Shown here: piece after piece, positions 26,003-33,214 of the stretch
Layout of the letters: the number at the start of each line of letters is the position of its first letter
Position numbering within the stretch: position 1 is the stretch's first letter
Assembly: GCA_048013815.1 (NCBI GenBank)
Contig: CM106585.1
Location: forward strand, 9,610,001 to 9,674,000
From: Setoptus koraiensis
Lineage: Eukaryota; Animalia; Arthropoda
DNA length: 64,000 bases
Direction: 5' to 3'
Translations under genes and position numbers: made by a program
The notes under the pieces: generated by a model
Database searches by the model: none
What the model was told of the DNA's origin: nothing
The model's input: the letters and a program-made list of their open reading frames with translations, nothing else

Positions 26003-26949
26003 CTTGGTTTGGTTAACTAATTAATAACTGCTACTGCTTATGCTGATTAGATTAACTCGCTCTTCATTTATGACTTTGATTTTGGTCACTTGGTAACGAT
26101 TCGGCTCGATTCGGCTCGGTTCTGGTCGATGCCAGGCGGCGCTGCTTGACGTTGCGAGCTGCTGCTAATTGGCTGAGCGGCTGTCGGCGGTTGTCGTTGT
26201 TGGTTGCGATCTCGACCACAATGGGTGCGCGCTGGCTCTAACTGGCTGCATCAATTTTTGTCGGTATATGTGCCAGTATCATCACTGCTGTTGCTGCTGA
26301 TGTTGTTGTTGCTGTTGTTGTTGTTGTTGCTTCTTTAGGGGATAATTCACAACTAACACTGGTCTGTCAACAATATAGAGATCTCTCTCGCGTTTGCGTC
26401 GACCATTTGTTTTGTCCATTCGAGCTGGCCGGAGTTCGGGAGCGCATGCGCTGTCCGCCACCAAGAGCGTTCGGAAGAACGATTGCGCGCGCCATCTGTT
26501 GGCAGGGCACCGCAAGGCCAGCTTGCAGCTTGAATTTGGCGCTCGCGCATCCCTGATTATGCGCTCTACGGTGAAGCAAGTGCACATCTGTGCTCATTAT
26601 CCATCAGATTAGATGCCATTATCAGTCAGTTGTGTGTGCGTGTGTTTGTAGCACAGTTATTGTATAATATGTGTGTATAAAGTACACAACGCAAACGGCA
26701 AAAACAGGCACAGAAATCGCCGTACACAGTACAATGAAAAAGTCAGATTAGACACTCAGATATGTCGGCATAATAAAATTAGCCTCACTATTATTATTAT
26801 TATTATTATCACTATTATTATTATTTGTATTTATATCATATATGTACTAACACAGAACCATTTCTGAAGCAGCATTATACATATTTTCACTAACCACTTA
26901 CACATCTATCACTTGACATTGTCCCAGCGCCTCAAGACACCAGAACAAC
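26003..26949. promoter_or_regulatory. Divergent intergenic and 5' region shared by Lim1 (-) and msps (+)
   Basis: Lies between two head-to-head start codons at 26002 and 26950. Contains (TTG)n and (TTA)n tracts. Promoter function is inferred from position only. Confidence 0.5.
26888..26927 (+). other. Branch point and 3' splice site just upstream of the msps ATG (5' intron)
   Basis: CACTAAC at 26888-26894, then ...GACATTGTCCCAG ending at 26927, 22 nt before the ATG. An in-frame TGA lies at 26914-26916, upstream of the acceptor. Confidence 0.5.
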
Positions 26950-29900
26950 ATGTATCACACTGATCTTGTCGACGCTGTCGATATCTCCGCCAAGATACCG
27001 GCCAGCTTTTATACTCAGATGGAATCAAAAAAATGGGGCGAACGCAAAGAGGCTCTCGACAACATCGAGAAGCTCACCACGGCCCCAAAGATAGAATATT
27101 CAGAGCAACTGGGCGACCTGGTGCGAACACTAAAGAAAACTATTACCAAAGATAACAATATTGTGGTGGCCACATCGGCCGCAAAATGTTTGTGCCAATT
27201 AGCTCAAGGACTCAGGACAAAGTTCGCCCCACTATCGCACGGATGTTTGAGCATCACTTTTGAGAAATTCAAAGAAAAAAAGCCACAAGTCATCAGTGTT
27301 TTACGTGACACAGCTGATGCAATCTTTGTTTGCACAAATCTAGAGTCTATTCAAGATGACACTATTTCACATCTAGATAACAAAAATCCACAAATTAAAT
27401 CGGAACTATGCCTATTCCTGGCGCGCGCCTTCTCTAATCATTCGGAGCAACTGATGCAACACAAAAAAGTGATCAAACCCCTAGTGACAGCGCTTATAAA
27501 GACTCTTAGTGATATGGATCCAACAGTACGCGATACTTCAGCTCAGGCGCTTGGAACAATGATGAAGGCTCTGGGCGATCGCGTACTAATGCCTTTGCTT
27601 GCCGACTTGGAGGAACTTAAGATCAACAAAATCAAAGAGCATCGAGACAAAGCTGAGATAAGAAATTCGCAAAGTTCTGAATTAGCCGAAGCAAAGTCTT
27701 CGACTATCACCAACGGTGCCGCTACTGCAGATGCCGCTCAACCGGATGCCGGCAATGATGACGAAGGCGATGAGCCTGACATAGACCCATATGAACTCAT
27801 GGACGCAGTTGATATCTCTAATAAAATACCTGCTGGCTTTTATACTCAGATGGAATCCAAAAAATGGGGCGAACGCAAAGAGGCTCTTGACAACATTGAA
27901 AAAATCACGGCAGCGCCCAAAATAGAGTATTCAGAGCAACTGGGCGACCTGGTGCGAACACTAAAGAAAACTATTACCAAAGATAACAATATTGTGGTGG
28001 CCACATCGGCCGCCAAATGTTTGTGCCAATTAGCTCAAGGACTTAGAGCAAAATTTGCTCCCCTATCACACGGATGTTTGAGCATCACTTTTGAAAAGTT
28101 CAAAGAAAAAAAGCCACTAGTTGTTACCGTATTGCGAGACACTTCTGATGCAATCTTTGTATGCACCAATTTAGAAGCCATCCAGGAAGATATTACTACT
28201 AATCTTGATAACAAGAATCCACAAATCAAATCGGAACTATGCCTTTTCTTGGCGCGTGCATTCGCTAACCACCCCGAACAATTGTTGCAAAACAAAAAAG
28301 TGATCAAACCCCTAGTAACAGCGCTTATCAAGACTCTTAGTGATATGGATCCAACAGTACGCGATACTTCAGCTCAGGCGCTTGGAACAATGATGAAGGC
28401 ACTGAGTGATCGCGTACTAATGCCTTTGCTTGCCGACTTGGAGGAACTTAAGATCAAAAAAATAAAAGAGCATCGAGATAAAGCGCAGGTGAAAAATCTG
28501 CCTCGTTCTGTGTTGGTCGAGTCCAAGCCACCCGTAATGAAGGCGCCAACACAATCAGCACCAGTGGAACAAGTTAATCCGCCTCAGCAACTGCCCCAAC
28601 AGATACCCTCCTCTACTGCAACATTTGTAAGACCAAAGATGCGTCAAAAATTAGGCGCTGTCAAGTCAACTGGATATGGCCAGCAAGCACCAACTGCCGC
28701 TTCTTCCAATGTCAGCTCGTCATCTTCAACGGCCAGTGTCCCAACTACAGCTACAGTTAAACGAACAAATACTATTGTAAAGCATAGGTCTATGTTGCCG
28801 TCATCAGGTGGCATGAGTGGGTCCACTGCAAATATAGACAATCTAGCCCAGCAAATGAGCCAGGTTTCTATTGGCTCAACTATGACTAAAAGTTTACCTA
28901 AACCAGGGGGTTTGCCCAGTAGAACTAATTCAGGCCTAAGCGGTCGTTCTTTAGCTGCCAAAAAAGGATCATTGCCTGTCGCAAAACCAACATTTGCCCC
29001 GTCGCATCCTCCGCTGCAGGCCAATCAAAACACTATATCTTCCACACCTATAGCACCTGTCAACAATACGCAACATCAATTCAATACTGAAGAGTATAAA
29101 TCACCTCCTCAGCTAGAATTTAACAATCATAGCATGAATAATGAGCACTCGCATGAGCATAAGGATCCCGATGCAAATCTGAACAGAATTTTAGGTCTAT
29201 TGACCTCACAGAATACAAACCAAGCCCTCGAGGCCTTTCAGCAACTAGAGAATCTTCTGTCGCAATCAGAAACTCAGGAACTATTTATTAATCGTGTCGA
29301 TCAGGTAATTGGATTCTGTTCCAACCATCTGAGAGTGATCTATGAGACTCTTAAAGATGCTCGCCGGTTGAATCCATCAGCCACATTACCGTCGAACACA
29401 TCTATTAAATTTGTCAAGGCAGTATCAACCACTCTTATTGCCTTATTCAACTCCAGATCATTGGCTATGCTGGCCAGTCCGCTACCTCTAAGCGATTTAA
29501 TGAAACAAATATTCACGTTATTAGCATCTAGTCCAACAACACATGCGAATAATATCTCAGTCAATAACAATGGCCATATAAGTAACAATAGCGATATTCA
29601 TTTAAATACCAGTGTCAATTCTCCCAACTCTACTAAATACAGTATATATAACAATAGTGAAGACGAAGCTTCAGTTAACAAGAACCTTAACCTACTGGCA
29701 GCTTCTGCCATAAAAGCAGTGGATCCAACAACAATGCTATGCCTTCTAATCGGCCTACTAGTTGATAGTTTGCAAGTTTGCGTCAGCTCAGTTCATATTG
29801 CTACAAATGAATTGATCATGAAGGGACTCTGGCGAATGACACGGAAGATCGGGAGTGGATTTGGACAGTTGGATATAGAGCGAGTCTTAGCGGAAATCTA

Positions 29901-30144
29901 TTGTTTCATGGAAACTTTTCCTCCAAGTTACTGGAAGAGCGGAGAAAAGAGAGACGACACTCCAATGAAAACAATTAAAACGCTGATATACAGTCTAACC
30001 GAGTCCCTTGGAAACACAATATACAACTACATGGATACCGTGCCTAATGAATGTGAGATGCGAACGTATATCAAGAGAGCTCTGATACAATGCGAGAGAG
30101 AAAAGGCACAATCTCCTGTTCCAAAATTGATCGACGCAAGTTAA
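26950..30144 (+). CDS. msps: XMAP215/ch-TOG/Mini spindles family microtubule polymerase; reduced form with two TOG2-like domains, a basic linker and a C-terminal TOG6/TACC-binding domain
   Basis: 1064 aa uninterrupted ORF. Two copies of a TOG2-type HEAT array (DAVDIS.KIP..FYTQMESKKWGERKEAL...KDNNIVV...KFKEKKP...DNKNPQIK...DMDPTVRD). The C-terminal part (LIMKGLWRMTRKIG...DIERVLAEIYCFMETFP...PMKTIKTLIYSL) matches the ch-TOG C-terminal domain. Confidence 0.93.
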   Translation: MYHTDLVDAVDISAKIPASFYTQMESKKWGERKEALDNIEKLTTAPKIEYSEQLGDLVRTLKKTITKDNNIVVATSAAKCLCQLAQGLRTKFAPLSHGCLSITFEKFKEKKPQVISVLRDTADAIFVCTNLESIQDDTISHLDNKNPQIKSELCLFLARAFSNHSEQLMQHKKVIKPLVTALIKTLSDMDPTVRDTSAQALGTMMKALGDRVLMPLLADLEELKINKIKEHRDKAEIRNSQSSELAEAKSSTITNGAATADAAQPDAGNDDEGDEPDIDPYELMDAVDISNKIPAGFYTQMESKKWGERKEALDNIEKITAAPKIEYSEQLGDLVRTLKKTITKDNNIVVATSAAKCLCQLAQGLRAKFAPLSHGCLSITFEKFKEKKPLVVTVLRDTSDAIFVCTNLEAIQEDITTNLDNKNPQIKSELCLFLARAFANHPEQLLQNKKVIKPLVTALIKTLSDMDPTVRDTSAQALGTMMKALSDRVLMPLLADLEELKIKKIKEHRDKAQVKNLPRSVLVESKPPVMKAPTQSAPVEQVNPPQQLPQQIPSSTATFVRPKMRQKLGAVKSTGYGQQAPTAASSNVSSSSSTASVPTTATVKRTNTIVKHRSMLPSSGGMSGSTANIDNLAQQMSQVSIGSTMTKSLPKPGGLPSRTNSGLSGRSLAAKKGSLPVAKPTFAPSHPPLQANQNTISSTPIAPVNNTQHQFNTEEYKSPPQLEFNNHSMNNEHSHEHKDPDANLNRILGLLTSQNTNQALEAFQQLENLLSQSETQELFINRVDQVIGFCSNHLRVIYETLKDARRLNPSATLPSNTSIKFVKAVSTTLIALFNSRSLAMLASPLPLSDLMKQIFTLLASSPTTHANNISVNNNGHISNNSDIHLNTSVNSPNSTKYSIYNNSEDEASVNKNLNLLAASAIKAVDPTTMLCLLIGLLVDSLQVCVSSVHIATNELIMKGLWRMTRKIGSGFGQLDIERVLAEIYCFMETFPPSYWKSGEKRDDTPMKTIKTLIYSLTESLGNTIYNYMDTVPNECEMRTYIKRALIQCEREKAQSPVPKLIDAS
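26965..28490 (+). repeat. Intragenic direct duplication of the TOG domain (about 26965-27655 and 27796-28486, offset 831 bp)
   Basis: The two copies align at a constant 831 bp offset. Identical tracts include 27097-27182 vs 27928-28013 and 27499-27569 vs 28330-28400. Confidence 0.95.
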
Positions 30145-30154
30145 TTTGTTTATA

Positions 30155-30832
30155 TTAGACATCCTTCAATAATTTGGGTCTTAAGCATTTTGCCATATTT
30201 GAAAAATTACAAGTAACACATTCGAATGGACAACATAAATGATTAAACTGGAATTCTTTACCATCGATGCCCAACTTGCATGTATCATCTACTGTGTTTG
30301 AGGTTCTGCCTAATTGGCCCTTTTTACTTTCTCTGATGACATTGAGACGTTTTCTAATGTTTTCCACAACCGGTTCCACGTCTACAATATCTGTCGAATC
30401 CATGCCATTCAGAGCCAGTACAATTCTAGCTTTGTTTCTATTGATATGCTTATCGGAAAGTATCTGGAATAAATATTCTGCTACTTGTTCACTCTCTTTG
30501 GGAAAATCCTTGAGGTTTACAAAGAACACTACCCTCGAGGTATCTTGGCGATGCAACTCGAAATGCTTGGTACGCAAATGGGCATCGCCAGGTATGTCTA
30601 CGACGTTGTACCCATTGATGGTGTGATTAATTTCATCAAGTGATGTGACAGTCTTAACATGAGTGTTTCCGAACACAAATCTCTGAAAAAATTGACTCTT
30701 TCCTGAGTTGCTGATTCCGGTCAGTAGAATTTTGTTTTTCTTCGCTGGTTTGAAGAATTTGAGATAGACCAAAACGAGTGAGATCAGTAGACACAAGAGT
30801 GTTAAATAATCCATTTCGGTTAGATTAAACAT
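30155..30832 (-). CDS. SRPRB: Signal recognition particle receptor subunit beta (SR-beta), copy 1
   Basis: 225 aa. N-terminal transmembrane anchor (LTLLCLLISLVLVYLKFF), then an Arf/Sar-like GTPase with G1 GISNSGKS, KTVTS, G3 DIPG and a G4-like NGMD. The C-terminus has LNVIRESK...LGIDGKEFQFNHL, typical of SR-beta. Confidence 0.88.
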   Translation of the reverse strand: MFNLTEMDYLTLLCLLISLVLVYLKFFKPAKKNKILLTGISNSGKSQFFQRFVFGNTHVKTVTSLDEINHTINGYNVVDIPGDAHLRTKHFELHRQDTSRVVFFVNLKDFPKESEQVAEYLFQILSDKHINRNKARIVLALNGMDSTDIVDVEPVVENIRKRLNVIRESKKGQLGRTSNTVDDTCKLGIDGKEFQFNHLCCPFECVTCNFSNMAKCLRPKLLKDV

Positions 30833-31434
30833 GATTACATCTGGATAAGAATGGGTTACTCATATAGGTATAATCTACTAGTAGACATGTGCACTTGTTT
30901 GCGAAATTCAATGTAAACAATGCTAACCAGCTCCCACAAGGAGGGTTGGATGTTTCGGAGAGGTGGGAGCTGGGAGATAAAACACCTCCCGTTCAACCTG
31001 GGTGAGTCTTGGCATCAGACGTGTCGAATTACCTAAGCATTATACTTCTAGCCTGATAAGAAAGAATTAGAATTATTAGCCTTATTTGAAAGCGATTTTG
31101 TTGGGGCAATCATACTGCTTTGTTTGTTTTCAATGTCCCATCAGGGAGGAGAGAGGTGGGAGATTGAAGATTGGATTTGGGAGGGGGAGGTCTCCCCTCG
31201 TTCGCTGAACTGCTACCAGATTTTGAAGTATGCGCCGTTTCCTTCGGAGAAAGATTTCTACTTTATTTGCACTCGAATACAAATAAAGTAGATTACATGA
31301 TGTAAATGTTGGTGCAACAGCCTAGCTTGTACCGAGAATGAACTCTAGTCCATCAGCACACAAAAATTGCTATATAAGTGACACTGGCACGCCATTTTAT
31401 CATCGATTCACAAGTCTCCCAATAAACTGTCAAA
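30833..31434. promoter_or_regulatory. Divergent promoter region between SRPRB copy 1 (-) and Gpdh1 (+)
   Basis: About 600 bp between head-to-head start codons. Function inferred from position. Confidence 0.55.
30841..31032 (-). other. Putative 5'-UTR intron of SRPRB copy 1 (192 nt)
   Basis: Minus-strand donor TAG|GTAATT at 31032 and acceptor CCATTCTTATCCAG at 30841, 8 nt upstream of the ATG. Size is similar to Lim1 intron 1. No transcript evidence. Confidence 0.4.
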
Positions 31435-32502
31435 ATGGAAAATCAAACACTCAAAGTAGCCATCATTGGATCGGGCAACTGGGGATCGGCCATTGCCAGG
31501 ATCGTCGGTGTCAACGTCAACAAGTTCGAGCATTTTCATCATGTCGTCAAGATGTACGTTTATGAGGAAATAGTTGAGGGCCAAAAATTAACAGAGATTA
31601 TCAACACCAAACACGAGAACGTCAAATATCTGAAGGGTTATCGTCTCCCCGACAATATAGTGGCTGTTCCCGATGTCTTAGAGACCGCTCAAGATGCCGA
31701 TGTTTTAATTTTTGTGGTGCCACACAAGTTCGTGCCTGGTTTGTGCAAGCCTTTAATAGGCAAAATAAAACCCAGTGCCATTGGTATCTCACTCATCAAG
31801 GGATTCGGGGAGGGACCTGGAGGCAGCTTCATCCTAATCTCTAATCAGATACAGCAATTGCTCGGCATCAAATGCTCTGTTTTGATGGGGGCTAACCTTG
31901 CCTCTGAGGTAGCGGAGGAGCAATTTTGTGAAACTACCATCGGTTGTAATGATGCCAAGTCAGGACAAGTTCTCAAGGACTTATTCAACAGCGAGAATTT
32001 CCGCGTTGCCGTAGTGCCCGACCGCTGCGCCGTCGAGGCTTGTGGCGCCCTAAAAAATATTGTCGCTTGCGCGGCCGGCTTTTCAGATGGGCTTGGTTGG
32101 GGCGCCAACACAAAATCGGCAATTATCAGAATCGGGTTGAAGGAGATGATTCGCTTTTGCCGCCTGTATTTTGTCGATGAGGACGAGCCACAACTGAGCA
32201 CCTTCTTTGAAAGTTGCGGTGTGGCCGATTTAATCACTACTTGTACAGGTGGTCGCAATAGGAGAGTTAGCGAACAGTTTGTCAAAAATCCAACAAAACC
32301 TCTGATAGAACTAGAGGAGGAACTACTCCAGGGCCAAAAGCTACAAGGACCACAGACCGCCCAGGAGGTTTACGAATTGTTGGAGAAACGCCAGCTGTTG
32401 GAATCATTCCCATTATTCGCCGGGACACACAAAATATTACTGCGCGAAATAGAACCAGAGGCCTTATTAGACTATCTACGTCTCGAGCCCGAGGATATGT
32501 AA
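31435..32502 (+). CDS. Gpdh1: Glycerol-3-phosphate dehydrogenase [NAD+], cytoplasmic; intronless
   Basis: 355 aa with Rossmann motif [12 protein letters not shown], then [27 protein letters not shown], catalytic GALKNIVA and [18 protein letters not shown]. Confidence 0.97.
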   Translation: MENQTLKVAIIGSGNWGSAIARIVGVNVNKFEHFHHVVKMYVYEEIVEGQKLTEIINTKHENVKYLKGYRLPDNIVAVPDVLETAQDADVLIFVVPHKFVPGLCKPLIGKIKPSAIGISLIKGFGEGPGGSFILISNQIQQLLGIKCSVLMGANLASEVAEEQFCETTIGCNDAKSGQVLKDLFNSENFRVAVVPDRCAVEACGALKNIVACAAGFSDGLGWGANTKSAIIRIGLKEMIRFCRLYFVDEDEPQLSTFFESCGVADLITTCTGGRNRRVSEQFVKNPTKPLIELEEELLQGQKLQGPQTAQEVYELLEKRQLLESFPLFAGTHKILLREIEPEALLDYLRLEPEDM

Positions 32503-32545
32503 AGTGATTTTTTATATAGCTACAATAGCCAAACAGTAGATTTGT

Positions 32546-33214
32546 TTATATTATAATATGCGATAGGCACTTTGCCATGTCTGAGAAGTTACAAGTAACA
32601 CATTCGAATGGACAACATAAATGATTAAACTGGAATTCTTTACCATCGATGCCCAACTTGCATGTATCATCTACTGTGTTTGAGGTTCTGCCTAATTGGC
32701 CCTTTTTACTTTCTCTGATGACATTGAGACGTTTTCTAATGTTTTCCACAACCGGTTCCACGTCTACAATATCTGTCGAATCCATGCCATTCAGAGCCAG
32801 TACAATTCTAGCTTTGTTTCTATTGATATGCTTATCGGAAAGTATCTGGAATAAATATTCTGCTACTTGTTCACTCTCTTTGGGAAAATCCTTGAGGTTT
32901 ACAAAGAACACTACCCTCGAGGTATCTTGGCGATGCAACTCGAAATGCTTGGTACGCAAATGGGCATCGCCAGGTATGTCTACGACGTTGTACCCATTGA
33001 TGGTGTGATTAATTTCATCAAGTGATGTGACAGTCTTAACATGAGTGTTTCCGAACACAAATCTCTGAAAAAATTGACTCTTTCCTGAGTTGCTGATTCC
33101 GGTCAGTAGAATTTTGTTTTTCTTCGCTGGTTTGAAGAATTTGAAATAGACAAAAACGAGTGAGATCAGTAGACACAAGAGTGTTAAATAATCCATTTCG
33201 GTTAGAGTATACAT
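32546..33214 (-). CDS. SRPRB: Signal recognition particle receptor subunit beta (SR-beta), copy 2
   Basis: 222 aa from the ATG at 33214 (MYTLTEMDY...), homologous to the start of copy 1. Same motifs as copy 1, with a different C-terminal tail (CLSHIII vs CLRPKLLKDV). The ORF-track start at 33289 is probably too far upstream. Confidence 0.87.
   Translation of the reverse strand: MYTLTEMDYLTLLCLLISLVFVYFKFFKPAKKNKILLTGISNSGKSQFFQRFVFGNTHVKTVTSLDEINHTINGYNVVDIPGDAHLRTKHFELHRQDTSRVVFFVNLKDFPKESEQVAEYLFQILSDKHINRNKARIVLALNGMDSTDIVDVEPVVENIRKRLNVIRESKKGQLGRTSNTVDDTCKLGIDGKEFQFNHLCCPFECVTCNFSDMAKCLSHIII

Noticed and set aside
26950-30144. Nematode origin of the sequence, given the ZYG-9-like architecture
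   Set aside because: The Lim1 homeodomain is closer to the arthropod/vertebrate Lhx1/5 sequence than to the divergent C. elegans LIN-11 as I recall it, and the lack of introns is unlike typical nematode genes. Convergence is preferred, but a phylogeny is needed to confirm.
28035-33008. ORFs 28035-28331, 28644-29024, 29340-29588, 30267-30626, 31845-32285 and 32649-33008
   Set aside because: These are antisense shadows of msps, SRPRB and Gpdh1. The identical 119-aa pair simply reflects the SRPRB duplication.
26950-33214. AT-richer intronless island as a horizontally acquired or bacterial segment
   Set aside because: All encoded proteins are typical animal-type eukaryotic genes (XMAP215, SR-beta, GPD1-type GPDH), and the same composition occurs in the MRTF 3' half.
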